A DNA stretch of 51,956 nt, counting the filler, from Jimgerdemannia flammicorona (taxonomy: Eukaryota), in NCBI GenBank assembly GCA_003990765.1. It is 2 parts of 2 records of this genome, joined end to end, with 100 filler letters (N's around TTAATTAATTAA, not from the genome) between each part and the next. Parts side by side here need not be neighbours in the genome. Positions count along the whole stretch, not along the records: positions 1 to 25,942 come from RBNJ01000774.1; 1 more part is not named here. One strand, written 5' to 3'. Position numbers and translations under genes: made by a program. Positions 1-12,800 of the stretch are shown here, piece by piece; the stretch's first letter is position 1, and every line of letters starts with the position of its first letter. Under the pieces are notes generated by a model. The model worked only from the letters and a program-made list of their open reading frames with translations. It ran no database searches and had not been told where the DNA came from.

Positions 1-190
1 TGGAGAAGACACCGATCTGACACCGATAAAGGGGCAACTCATCACCATTGCCCTCCTCCCACCATGCCCATGCAGGCACAGCAAACCAACCCGAGGTAGA
101 GGGGGTAATAATAGGGGAAAGGGGACTCGGAAGGTCGCCCACCAAACCTTGTGACCGGTAAGGTAGCGGAGAAAGGGGCGGACACATGTG
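1..190 (+). repeat. CpG-intact copy of an unclassified dispersed repeat (runs off the left edge)
   Basis: Reverse complement of 9640-9797 joined to 15665-15703 reproduces 1-190, mostly with C>T/G>A changes (tggagaagacaccgatctgacaccgataaaggggcaactcatcacca vs tggagaagacaccaatccaacactgataaagggacaactcatcacca). Confidence 0.8.
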
Positions 191-224
191 ATGTATATAC
201 AGCCTTGAGTGATGTAAGTATCCA

Positions 225-375
225 CTTTTTTGATCAAATTTCATTGATTCACTTTTTTTGGTCAAATTTCGTCAATCCAATTTTTTTGATCAAATATTTT
301 GTCAATCCAATTTTTTTGGTCAAATTTTTAATTTTTTTGATTAAATTCATCAATATCAAATTTCTTGTCAATCTA
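225..375. repeat. degenerate ~30-bp tandem repeat
   Basis: gtcaatccaatttttttg(a/g)tcaaat recurs at 271 and 301, with weaker copies around them. Confidence 0.6.
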
Positions 376-954
376 TGATTTGATAGTTTTGACCCTGATG
401 GCACGCCATACCAGTGTGCACGGGTTTCGGCGAAACAACTCTGGCATTTCCGACGCTGCCTTTACAACATTTGTTTTCATATTCCAACAACGAACAAGGA
501 GGGATTATGGAAAGACGGCTTTTGCGGCAAAAAAAAAAAATCATCCTCCAATGCCTTCGGATTTTGGCAACACAACAACGGCACCACTCGGGCATCTCCT
601 TTGCCACCTTTACAATATCCGTGTTCCCACAACGAACAAGCAAGGATCATCGAACGTTCAAATCAGCTGCAACAACTAAACACCTTGGGCATCTTTTCCG
701 CCGCCTTTACTTCGTTGCTAACAACAAGTAGGGATCATCGAATGTTTTCGGAAAACTTGATAGCCACAAGGAGGCAGGAGACAATTCTGATGAAACTGAC
801 GATGAGCATAGCTGCAACAATCAGCTCATTTACTCGTAAGCAGTATGCTCTATCTTCATACTTTATATTGCGCCATATCCAAACGTGACAATGGCCCGGC
901 TAACGACAATGTTGACGACCTTCGTCCCCAGAAGAAGCGCATGCCACTATTCTC

Positions 955-1132
955 CATGCTGATTCGGGGTTGGCGTACTTCGACTGTACATAGTACATCT
1001 CGGTGTTGGAATCTTACAGATTTCTACTTTTCAAACGGCCACGCCGTTTTGACAAGTCCCTGGCTATCAGCATGCTTTCTCATTTCCATGGGATGGAGCA
1101 CAGGAAGAGGAGCGCTATGATGTCCTGTTAAG
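955..1132 (+). pseudogene. AAA-ATPase-like (PF09820-type) N-terminal exon relic
   Basis: Frame from 961 reads DSGLAYFDCT*YISVLESYRFLLFKRPRRFDKSLAISMLSHFHG, then after a frameshift EERYDVL, followed by GTAAGG at 1133. This matches the YxDKTxYI...RPRRFGKSLxxSML signature; Walker A G>D and a stop at 991. Confidence 0.65.
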
Positions 1133-2299
1133 GTAAGGAATGTTGTATTAGAACATATTGAACATCCTGCTTTTTTTTTTTTTTTTTTTTTTTTTCTCAT
1201 GGACGTGGAAGAGGTGATTAATAATAGAGAGAGAGAGAGAGCGAACCTACTTGTTTACTTTGCTTTCTCATGTCCCCTTTTTATTTTACATACCGTAATA
1301 CCATGTCATATTATAGCATGAGCAAAGTTCTGCCTGGTATCACCGAACCCTCCTTTCACCGCCGCACTGGGTGCAACGGCAAGGCATAGGCTTCTGCTGT
1401 GAAAGCTGGCCGAGTTTAAACCACTGGGACGTTGCTGACGTTTCGGAGATATTTGGAGCTGAGTGCTCTGAAGTTATCGTCAACCCGTTACACAAGTTGG
1501 CGAAACCCACCTTACTCTCCCAGTAGGTGATGATAGTGTTATCAGTGGGAGGGATGTTGAGTGCCTCCATCGTGCCATTGCGGTAGTCGACCTCATGACT
1601 TGCCTTGCACATTCGTGTGATTGAATGGCATAGGGGTGTGAATAAGAATATAATAGACATGAGGTCATATTCCGCCATCTCACCCAATACGCAGCAAAAC
1701 TAATATATGCCACACAAACCTCATCCTTCCTCCACCCCTTCTCTCTCCCTCTCCCCTTGCCCCAAATAAATGTTCAAAAAACTGGACACCCATGTTACCA
1801 GCACAACCCTTCCTCCCACTCCCTTCCTGTCTAGCTCCTCCCCCGATTCCAGCAGGTTGTTATCGAACAGAAACTTGTGAGGATGCGAGATTGCTGGCAT
1901 GCCTGAGGTCAAACGTCTGAACTGGATAATGCTAGGTTGCAGGCTGGGGAAGGAAAGGTGTCACAGGAGGTGGGGAGGCATGAATATACGAAGATGTGTC
2001 TTGATACAGGACTGGAACAGTTGTAGTAGTTGTGGCTATTGGAGGACGACTCAGATGGAAGATGATTTACAAAGAGTTGGTTAAGTCATATGACATGAAA
2101 TCTCTGTGGTCTGAAAAGTGACCAATAGGGTGTACAGATTTCTTGAATATCCAATTTCCTTAATCTATACTATAACTAAGCAATAGAGAACAGCTGTGAC
2201 CAAAAGGCCTGGCATCTTTCACCAGTACTATTCGGGTGACACAAGACTCAGACAACACTTTTTTACTACGTTTTTGGTGTCCGACAACTATTGACATAG

Positions 2300-4212
2300 A
2301 TGGCAATGATTGAATTGGTGAGCATACTGGCCAGGGGGGTGATGGTGCCTTTGGCTGGCAGCAGGTGGGGAGGAGGGGAGATGGTTTGGAGATGCCAGGA
2401 GCCTCGATGGCTAGCTGGGGTCCTGGTGGTGGAGGGAGGGGCGGTCTGAGGCAGAGAGGAGGGGAGAGGTCAACCTTTACTGACAAGGTCAGAATGGGGA
2501 AGATGGCCTCAGGTCTAGATGGTTGGCTGGGCCTAGGGAAGGCATCGACAGCTGCTGCTGGGGGACTGGGAGGTGCACCCAGGAGAGTCACTGAGGGTGG
2601 GGGAGGAGCGGGAGTAGAGGCTGGAGATGTGACTGGTGATGGGGCTGTGACTGGAGATCTGGCAAAAAATCCAGATGTGACAGTGGTTGATAATTTAGGA
2701 TAGTGAGTGGGCATAAGGCCCAGGGACCTAGCAGATGGAGTTATGGGCATGGTGTTGGCCCCATTACTCAAGAAGTCGAGGTTGGAATTCACAGTCACAA
2801 TGTGTTTCTGGGGCTTAGCAGTGACAGCAAGGATGATTTTGAGGCTAGTGGCACAGGAGGCAAAGGGAGTAGCATCGGTGAAGTTTTTGAAGGGAAAGGA
2901 AGGGGTCGAGGTGGGGTTCGAGGAGGAAGATGCCTTACTGGCAGCCTTGGAGAAAGGGGTGATGGTTGGTGGAGTTGTTGTCTCCATGGCCAGGTGCATA
3001 TGCTGGGACCCCTAAGTGGTGTAGTTGACAGTGCTGGATCTCTCTACGGTATCGAAGGAGAGGACCAGGGAGTTGGTTGTGGAGGTGATCAGGGAGTATG
3101 GAGAGATTGTGGATATTGGGTTCAAGATCTGGGAGGGTATGGAGCTTCAGACTGGTGATGTCAATGTCAGGGTGAGACTGGCTGAGAGGGAGAGTACAGG
3201 GAAGTCGAGGGACTGGCCAGCAATACTGAGGTGTGGACTGGTGGAGTGCAAGATCACGAGGGTGAAGGGGACCCAGGAGGAGGAGAAAGACCTGTTGGAG
3301 GCTCTGGAGGATCTGGAAGGGGCAGTCACGAGGAGGAGATTGGCCTGGAAGGAGTTTGAAGCCAGGACAGTGGTGGGGGAGGTGGATGGGAAGAGGGTCC
3401 AAATGGAGAAGGGGGCCTGGGAGAAGTTGCAGGAGAGGAAAATTCAGAAGGAGCTGCTGGTGAGGTTGGATGGGGGTAGGGTCAGTGGAAGTTCAGAGGA
3501 GAGGGGTGCAGGATTGCAGAAGAGCACCTGGGCTGAGGGGGGTGAAAGGGCCCAGAGTGGGGTTCAGCTGGGAGTGGAGGTGGAGAGGGTAGGCAATACG
3601 GAGGCAGATGCGGATATGAGTGAAGGTGTGCACCCCCAGTATAGTGTCCCAGGTGGAGCTGAGGGAGAGGAGGAGCTGCTCGATGTGCCAGATGAGGAGT
3701 GGGATGAGTCAGTGCAGAGGAGCATACTGGTGGATCCTGAGGTGGATGGGGGACAAATTGCTCAGGATGTGGCAGAGGCAGTGGATGAGGAGAACTGGAT
3801 GTAGAAGACCCTGGAAGGAGTAGCAGCTGAAGAGCTGGGGGGTGAGGATTTTAGGGTGATGGAAGAAAGGTATTGGGAGGAGATCCTATGGAGGGAGGCA
3901 GTGCTGAGGAAGATGAGGAATGAGATCCTGGCTGTTCTCCTGGAGTCAGTTGAATATCAAGTCAATGATCAGAGAGAGGAGGAACTTAGAAGGATTGCGA
4001 GTGACAGGGCACTATTCTTGTGGAACTCGAGAAAGGGACTGGAGAAGTGGTGCACAGTCTGCTTGGATTATCAGTCAGATATGGAGGTAGTGGACAGAGT
4101 GGAATGTCAGGAAATCTTGGAGGTACTGGATGCTCAGGCTAATGCAGAGGGTGACTTGGAAGCTAAATGGCACTTGGATCTGACTAGGGATGAGATGAGC
4201 ATGGAATTCTAG
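2300..4212 (+). pseudogene. LINE ORF1 (nucleic-acid chaperone), interrupted by stops
   Basis: ORF pieces 2365-2703, 2707-3015, 3025-3804 and 3856-4212 are in one frame and colinear with ORF1 of the other LINE copies. Confidence 0.8.
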
Positions 4213-4243
4213 GATGGGGTCTCTATTGCAACATTTTTTCAAT

Positions 4244-4447
4244 ATGAACAGTACAACTAGGATGTTCTCATTGAACATTAATAGATTATGGGGGGCAGCT
4301 AGGAGGAAATATATATTTGGATGGCTTAAGAGACTGGATGCAGACCTCTTCTTGTTATAGGATATTCATTATAAGGCAGATGTGGACTTACAGGATTGGA
4401 CTAGGGAATTGGGGGGTGCAGCAGTATGGAGAGGGAGAGTGTGTATT

Positions 4448-4488
<41 letters not shown>

Positions 4489-7400
4489 AGAGTGTGTATT
4501 CTCATTCGGAAAGGGATGGGGGATATTGAGGACATTGGACATTGGGGGTCTCGGGTGGTGTGGGGAGTGTGGAAGAGGCCAAGTTGGGGCTCGTTGACAG
4601 TTGTGTCTTGCTACTGCCCAGCTGAGAGAGGGGAGAGGGTGGATTGGATTCACAGATTGAATAAGGCTGGTGTATTGGGAGAAGTTGGGCTGGACTGTAT
4701 GGGGGGTGACTTCAACATGGTATGAGATAAGGAGATGGATAGAACAGATGGAGGGAGAGGCATGTGGGGTGAAAGTGGTGGGTTGGGGGACTGACTGGAG
4801 ACAGAGAGGTTGAGTTCTTTAGTGGACTCAGAGAGACATTTTTGGGCCAATCAGCGGGTATACACCCACTGGGCGGCAGGGCTGAGCTCCAGGATTGACT
4901 GGGTTTTGACAGCAGAGTGTTGGGGAGCAGATGTCTGGTCAGCGCTGGAAGTAGTTTGGTGTCCATGGTCTGATTACTGGGGGCTGCTTGGAGGGGGGAG
5001 ATTTGGAGGAAATGAGGATGGGCCTGGACATTGGCAGCTAAATTCTTCCTTATTAGAGGATAGGGGGTTGTGGGAGGGTTGAGAAACAGAGGTGGTTGGA
5101 AATATCAGTAGGTGGCAAGAACAAGGCCTTGAGATTGGAGACCACTGGAGAAGGCTGAAGGTAAATGCTCAGGGGTATTGGAGGGAAGCTGGGAAAGGAG
5201 AGTGTGCCCGGTGAAGGCAAAGGGTGCTGTGGGCCTCACAGCAGCTGGCAGTACTCATGGAGAGATGGGCAGGTGTGCTGGAAGATGGGGATGTGACTGA
5301 TTGGCATATTGTGAGAATCTGGCAGGAGGTGGGAGAGCTTAAAGGAGTGTTATGAAGGGAGGAGGAGGTGAAGTTGCAGGGAATGGTGACCCGACTGCAG
5401 TGACAGGGGCTTGAGGAGGGGGGGAGGCCTACTAGGTTTTTGTCGCAGTTGTTACAGATATGATGAATGAAGCAGTGGTGGGAGGGGGTTCTGAACGAGA
5501 ATGGTGAGCTGGTGGTGGGGACTCTGGCTATTCTGGGCCTATTGAGGACCAGATGGGGGAATCTATGGAGTGAGGAGGAAGGAGAAATGGATGCTTTGGA
5601 TATTGAAAGGCAGCTGAAGGATTGGTACCCAGACCCTGCGATGGGTCTTGGGGTATTGGGGGACCTGGTGAGTGGTGAGGAAATTTGCAGGGTTGTGGCC
5701 TCGACAAGTAAGGGGATAGCCCTGGAAGAGGATGGACTTCCCTGGGATTTTTGGCAGAAGATGGCTGGGGTGGGCAAGGTGCTAGAGGAAATGGCTGCTA
5801 TGTGTGATAGAGTTCTTCGGTCTGGGGCTTGGATTGGGGGACAGTGCTTAGGGCTAGTCTCCTTGCTCTATAAGAATAAGGGAAGGCGAGAGGACTGGAA
5901 GAACTGGCAGCCAATCATACTTCTCAACATAGACCGAAAACTGGTGATGAAGATCTTGGTGATGAGGCTGTAAGGAATCGCTCAGCATATGGAGCAGCAT
6001 GGGTTTGTTGGTGGCTGGTTGATTCAAGATGGGACAGCTTGGGTACATGGAGTGATAGAAGGTACCCAGGTGACAAGGGTAGATGGCAGATTGGTGTTTC
6101 TGGACCAAGAAAAGGCTTATGATAGAGTGCGGAGGATATGGCTGGAGGGAGTGCTGAGATGGATTGGTATCCCCCCAGGGTTCCGAGGATTATTGATCAG
6201 CCTCTTGGAGGACAGTCAGGTGATATTGGTCATAAATGGCCACAGAGGGGTGATCTTTCCCCTTGGACACAGGGTGCCTCAAGGGGACCCCTTGTCATCC
6301 ATACTGTATGCCCTTTCCCTGGAGCCTCTACTGGACAGAATTTGGTATCAGATTGGGGGTTTGGACATTTTAGGGATTAATTGGAAGGTGGGGGCCTTTG
6401 CTGATGATATGGTGGTCAGGCTGGGCTCCTTGGTGGATGTGGGGGAGTTACAGAGGTCTGTGGAATAGTATGAGAGGGGTATAGGTACTAAACTGAACTG
6501 GCACAAATGTGAGACTCTGGTGCTGGGTGGTGGAATTGTCAGTGGTAATGTCATTGGGACAGTGGTACTAGCTGGGGAACTGGTGTATTATTTGGGGATC
6601 TATTTCTCAGTGTTTGGATCTCTTCTGCCCTGAGCATGGTGGGACTGGAAACTTCTGGAGTGGGGAAATGTTCTGCTGTGATGGGGAGGTCAGCATATGT
6701 CACTAGCTGGAAGGGTGATGGTGCTGAATGTGTATTGGATGCTGAAGCTGTGGTATGTGGGATATCATTTGGATTTCCCAACCTGTGTGGTCAAGGGGCT
6801 GTTGAAGATGGCGAGATCATGAATCTGGGGAGGGCAGTAGAGCCAGGTGGGGTGGGAGGTGCTCACACTGCCCTTGAAAAGAGGTGGGCTAGGCTTAGTG
6901 GACTTTACTAAGCAGCTTCAATGTTTGAGAGCTTGGTGGTTGCATAGGGTGAGTGAGCTTCAGGGTCAGGAGTGGGTGCTGCTTATGCAGAGGTTGTGGG
7001 AGGCTCGGTACTCCCCTCATGGTGGCTCGGGTGATCTGCTTGCAATGGTGGCCATGGATGGGAGCTGGAGGATGTGGTTTATGGGCTTTTGGTGGGGGGT
7101 GGTAGATGGTGCTAAGAAAATTGGACTTCGGTGATGAGGTGATGAAGCCAAGGAGGACTGGGGACCATGGATGTGGTGGTGGGACAGGCTTCTACTGGGT
7201 GGTGTTCTGGTAGAGGACTTTCTGCTTAGCAATGGTTTGGAGTGTCTGCGAGGCCTAGGTGGAGACCTGTGGCCTGAAGCCTGGCAGAGGGTTGGTATTG
7301 GTGAGGAGTGGGATTGGAATGAACTCTGGCTTTGGGGCAAAAGAGTATAGCAGTGGCTGCCCCCCAAGTTCTGGGTGGTGTGGTGGCATGTTCTATGGCA

Positions 7401-7950
7401 GAATGTGATATTGAACTATCGGTCTGGGCACTTAGTAGCCGGTGGAGTGTTCGAGTGTGAGGATTGTTTCAGTATTGATCAGGAGGGAGGTGTGGTACAA
7501 ATACCTGAACATTGGCTTAGCAAGTGTGAAGTTTTGGAGGAGTTTTGGAGATGTATTATGGACTAGTTAGGGCTGAGTCCCTTGAAGAGAGAAGAAGGGG
7601 GGAGATGGGGAGAGCTCTGCCAGTGACTGGTGGGTGGGGTTGGGGATGAATGGCTGACCCTTGGTTGGGCTTTGACCATGTAGATGGAGTTAGCTGGACA
7701 TTGAGTTCATATCTTTAAGGAGGGGTGGTGGGTTGGGGTGGAGGACAAGGTGGTATATTGAGAATGATTGCTATTGGATATATTGAATAGCTGGTAGTGA
7801 GGTTGGGGGTTGGGTTGGGGGTACCACAGGGGTTTGGTGCAGTATATCTCCTGGAAGAGTGGTGGGAGGATTTGGATAGTGGGTAACTGGGTAGTGCTCA
7901 GACAGTGGGAGATCAAGGGAGGAGGATTGGGTCTATGGGGCATTGGTTGA
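4244..7950 (+). pseudogene. LINE ORF2: APE endonuclease, reverse transcriptase, C-terminal Cys/His motif
   Basis: GGDFN, SRIDW and SDY(H) endonuclease motifs; NWQPIILLNIDRK, DQEKAYDRV, PQGDPLS and FADD RT motifs; CEDC...HWLSKC. Many stops and frameshifts; 3' end approximate. Confidence 0.93.
4434..4501 (+). mobile_element. poly(A)-only retroposed insertion with 15-bp TSD
   Basis: ggagagtgtgtattc at 4434-4448 and 4487-4501 flanks A38 (4449-4486); absent from the homologous site in the other LINE copies. Confidence 0.85.
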
Positions 7951-8879
7951 GAGTTGGGATGGCATTGTATTGTTAGAATTATAGACATTGATAATAAAGG
8001 GCAGTATAAGGGACTATAAAAAAAAAAAAAGAGAACAGCTGTGACTGCTTTCTAGAAATGTGGCTTAGTGGCTTAGTGCTCTTACAAGATTATAAAATAT
8101 GTAGGTAAATTTGCCTATCCCTTTGTCTGTAGATAAGATTGTCTTTTAAAATCATTTAGCAGACAAATTAAAGTTTGAAAAAAATGATTTTTTGAAACAT
8201 TGTTTTTCTGTTAAAAATATATCTTAATTTGTTTAAAAACAAATTTTTTTTTTTTGTAAAATTTTTACTAAAGGTAGAATTATTATATAAAAAATTATTG
8301 GTAAATTTTTTTTTAAAAGCTATTATGATTTTAAAAGTTATAAACTTTTAAAATCTTGCCTCTAAATATAGGTGCAAAACAGTCAAAGAGATATGACAAT
8401 CTAAGGGATAATTAAAATTTTACCAAAAATAAAATTTTATTTTTAAATAAATTTAGTTATATTTTTTATAAAAAATATATTTTAAAAAAAAAAAAAAAAA
8501 TTTAAAATAAAAATTACCTACTTAGCTATATTCTCTTTTATAGAATAAGAGATATAAAATAAGACTATTTAATTTTCAAAAAAAAAATATATAATAAATA
8601 TAAAATATAATTTATTTATTAAAAAAGAGTATATAAAATATACTTTATTTCTAAAATATATTTATAAAAATTTAATATAAACTATATATATATAATGAAA
8701 TATTTTTACTAATATTTAAACTTACTTTACAAAAAATACTTTTTATAATTAGTATTTCTATTTAAATTAAGATCTATTTTAATTCAAAATTTATATCTTA
8801 ACTTTAAAATATAATAACTTGATAAAAATACATTTAAATTTAATATTCTTTATTATATTAAATTTACTATAATAGGATA

Positions 8880-9088
8880 TATCAAAAAAGTTAAAATTAT
8901 TAAATTTTAAAAAATTAGATTTAAATTGTACTTACTTTGAATTAAATTGAGCTTTAATTTAAATTGAATTAAATTGAGCTTCAATTTAAATTCAATTAAA
9001 TTGAACTAGCTCTTAATGTAATTTAAATATTTTGAATTTAATCAAATTGAAGCCAAATTTGATTTGATTCAATTAATTTTGAGTACTA
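8880..9088 (-). mobile_element. hAT-like terminal region within a very AT-rich tract (8050-9600)
   Basis: Ends ...gatttgattcaattaattttgagtacta, resembling the termini at 17135 and 45061; subterminal aattg/aatcg-like pentamer repeats. Left boundary approximate. Confidence 0.45.
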
Positions 9089-9639
9089 TAAATAATAAAA
9101 TATTTTAGAATAAATAAATTTTAGATTAAAATAGTTTAAAAGTAAATAATTAAATAGTCTATAAGTAAATATATATATTTTTAAACTCACCTTTACACCT
9201 CTGTTAAGAACTCTAAGATATTAAATAGTAAGAACTTAAAGTAAAGAAATTAGTTATACTTTTCAAATTATATATTCATTATATTATAGTTTCTATTTAT
9301 TTATTTGTATTTTGCAGTATTTAACGAAAAGGCTCTATAAGTATACAATTATAGTTAGATAGGATTAGGGTTAGGGTTTAGGTTAGGTTAGCTTCAAGCT
9401 CATTAAAATTAGTATAAAATCTATATGAAATTCTATTCTATATAAGATATACATATATACTAAATCTTATTTTATAATAATGGAATTTTAAAATATATAT
9501 ATAGTAATAGTTAATAACTTTATATTAAGCTAAAAACTTAGGTAATTATATTAGATACTATATATAAATATATTAACTATTATTATGTTTTTTTTTACTA
9601 CTATATTAGTTATAGGTTTTGGTAGATAGCTTTCTGAGC

Positions 9640-9791
9640 ATACATATCTCTTTCTCTGCTACCCTACTGGTCTCAAGGTTTGGTAGGTAATCTTTTAAGT
9701 CTCTTTTCTCCTATTATTACTCCCTCTATCTTGGATTAGTTTGCTATGCCTGCAGGAGTATGGTGGAAGGAGAATAATGGTGATGAGTTGT

Positions 9792-9797
<6 letters not shown>
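9640..9797 (-). repeat. decayed copy of the 1-190 repeat (left part of the LINE-B target)
   Basis: Colinear with the reverse complement of 28-190, with CpGs lost. Confidence 0.8.
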
Positions 9798-9831
<34 letters not shown>

Positions 9832-9899
9832 GTTACTTGGACTCCATCCTTTATTAATACCAATATGTCATCTATTAATAAACTTACAGTTTACTCTTG

Positions 9900-12800
9900 C
9901 ACTACTCAATCTCCATAGGAGTACTACTCTGCCTACTTATACAAACAAAGACCACTTTCTCACCCACTACCCCAATCCTCCCCCCACTCTGCCTACAGAT
10001 TTGTTCCACCAAATGATGCCTTCGACCCCCCTTCAACCCCCAACCCAGCCACCAGCCCAGTCAAGGTGTCTTCCATGAGGCTATGCCACCTCATCAGCCT
10101 GACCTCAGAGCTAAGTTTTCTCCCATCCTCAAAAACAAATAGCCAGTGACTGGCCAGCTCTACCCAAATGGCCAAAGCCCACCCTAATGTCAGCCATTCC
10201 TTCCTCACCCCCCCCTCCAGTCTATCTCTTAAATCCTCCCAATGCCCCTGTACATCAGCTCTCCTGCACACTACTCTCAGATGATCCTCAATGTTCTGCC
10301 AAAAGATACTAAGTACCTCACACTCTCCTAGCCAATGTTCAGGCATCTGTACATATTCCCCTTCCTGCTCTAATTTATAACACTCCTCAAAGTCAAAGCA
10401 GCCTCCCTCGATAAGATGACTGGAGCAGAAGTTGAGTATGACATTTTGCCTCAGCACATGCCACCAGACCACCTAGTACTTTGGTGGCAACCACCTCCTT
10501 ACCTTGGCACTCCAGGTCTATATACTATACCAGTCCCACTCCTCACTGATTCCTACACCCTGCCAACTGCTAGGCCACAGATCCTGGCCTGGTCCCCATT
10601 GGCACTCGATCCCATCACCAATGTCAAACTCAAGTAAGGGAATGCTACTCAGTAGCACTCGGTCCCATCGCCACATTGCTGGGTCCCAAGCCTCCTCCCC
10701 TTCATTTCCCTGCCACCTAATCTCAATGCAGCATGCCCCCTCTGCCACTCCCCACCACCAGAGTTCTGAAGGCCTACAAGCACTAGGAGATCACCTGTCG
10801 AGCCTCTCAGAGAGGACCTCATCTCCCAGACTTTCTGCAGTAGGGGAACCCAACTACCCCCTCTCAACTCCACTGCTCTCTTCAGCCACCAAGCTCTCAA
10901 GCAGTGCAGCCTTCTAGAAAAGTCGACCAGCCCAAGTCCCCCACTTGTCTGGTAAGGTCAAGACCTCCCAGTTGATCTGACTCTGCCTTCCAGCCCAGAT
11001 CCACCCCTTGGCCATCTTCATCAATCGCTTCACCACCCAAGGTGGGAAGTCCAGATGGTAAGCCAGATACCACACCTTTGGCAGCCAATAGATGTTCAGA
11101 ATTGAAATGCATCCCACCAGAGACAATTGATGGCACCCCCAGCTCTGCAGTGCCTCCTCCCAAATGCCAACCCACTGCTCCAACCAAAGTCTGGGCAGAA
11201 CCGACCCATATACTGACAGATAGATACCCAAGTACTGTACCATCTTACCAGCAGGGACAATCATACCAATAATCTCCCCACCCACTAGACCATTGCCTAA
11301 CACCATTGTTTCGCACTTATGCCAATTAAGCCTAGCCCCAGAGTTCACCTCATACCACTCCACTGTCCCCTTGAGCTCCTCAACATCTGCAACAGATCTC
11401 AGACTGACCACCATGTCATCTGCAAATGCCCTTACTTTCCACCCGATGCCAAAGAAAGAGAGCCCCACTATCCTCTGCCTGATTCTGTCTATGAAGGGCT
11501 CCAGAGACAAAGCATACAAAATGGGGGACAGCAGGTCCCCCTGGGGCACCCCCCTACCCAGGGGAAATGCTACCCCTCAATGTCCATTACACATAAGCAC
11601 TGCTCTACTCCCTTCCAGTAGGCTGACTATGGCAGTCCTGAACTGTTGCGGGACCCCAATCCTGTCCAAAACTTTCGCCAACCAGACCCATTGCACTCGG
11701 TCTCCTGGTCCAAAAAGACCAGATGCCCATCTAGTCCACTGGCTTGTGCTCCTTCAATAACGCCATATACCCATACTGTACTATCCCTGATGAGCCGGCC
11801 TCCAACAAAGCCCCACTGCTCCTCACCTAAGACTTGCTGGGCCACCTTTTGCAACCTTGTGACCATGACTTTGGTAACCAACTTTCTGTCCATATCCAGT
11901 AGCATAATTGGCCTCCAGTTCTTTCAGTCCTCTCAGCTTTCTTGGTTCTTATAAAGCAATGTCACCAACCCTAGATCCTGTTCACCTACCCATCTCCCCA
12001 TCTGTGGAATCCAATCACACAGCACCATCATCTCTCCCACTATTCCAGGGACTCCCACCATCCTTTTCCAGAAGTCCCAGGGCAGACCATCCTCTTTAGG
12101 CACTGTACCCAAGATTGTCGCAGCAAGAACCTGGTGGATCTCCTCCTCTAGCACTAGCAGTACTAAGTCATCCAACCCAGCTGCTCAGGTAGGGTACCAA
12201 TCCTCCAAAGCTTGATCTATGTCCTCAGCATCTGCCCCATCCTCCTCCTCACCCACAATCTGCTCCAATGCTCCTTTAATGATCCAAGAATGTCTTGTAC
12301 CCCATGCACCAATGAACCATCAGCATTAAGCACCCCCTCCCACCTTTGCTGTACCCTTCTCACCTGAAGGGCCCTTGTAAGAAACTTTGAGGGCTGCTCT
12401 CCTTCCTCCAGCCCCTACCAACGAAGCCATGCTGCCAGGCCCTGGACCCTCGCCTCTTCCTCATTCCTCAGCACCTGTTGTAGGTCAGCCACCTCCATTT
12501 GTAACTGTATCAAACGCCAGTCCTCCTCTCCCTCCAATGTCACCAGTCTAGCCCAGTCCTCCAAGAGTCTAGATAATCTATGCAATGCCCACCACACCTG
12601 CCTCCTCCTCTGTCTCCCTGCCTCCATATCAGCCTCACTCCAGAAGGCCCTGGCCATCTCCTTTATCCTCATCCACCAAATATCAACTGTGACACCTCCC
12701 TGCCTCCAACACTCCACCTGTATTTGAATGACTTCAGCCCATTTACCCCACTGGATCTTATCATCTAGTAGAGAGGAATTGAGATGCCAATGTCCAGGCC

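Larger units (their letters stand above)
2201..8030 (+). mobile_element. full-length decayed non-LTR retrotransposon, L1/Tx1-like (LINE-A)
   Basis: 15-bp TSD gagaacagctgtgac at 2186-2200 and 8031-8045; AATAAA at 7993 and A-tail 8018-8030; ORF1 plus EN/RT ORF2. Confidence 0.95.

Noticed and set aside
1171..1195. T25 run (and the A-run at 20059-20078) as further poly(A) retro-insertions
   Set aside because: No convincing flanking duplication found.
1340..1687. 115-aa minus-strand ORF in the CpG-intact region
   Set aside because: No recognisable motif or gene structure; coding status cannot be supported.
2160..2999. 279-aa minus-strand ORF and similar antisense ORFs over the LINEs
   Set aside because: Pro/Ser-rich shadows of the G-rich LINE ORF1/ORF2 strand, with no independent motifs.
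4317..4725. Poly-Lys/poly-Phe ORFs
   Set aside because: Translations of the inserted A38 tract.
9361..9392. TTAGGG-like repeats as a telomere
   Set aside because: Only two perfect units plus degenerate ones, internal and embedded in decayed repeat DNA.
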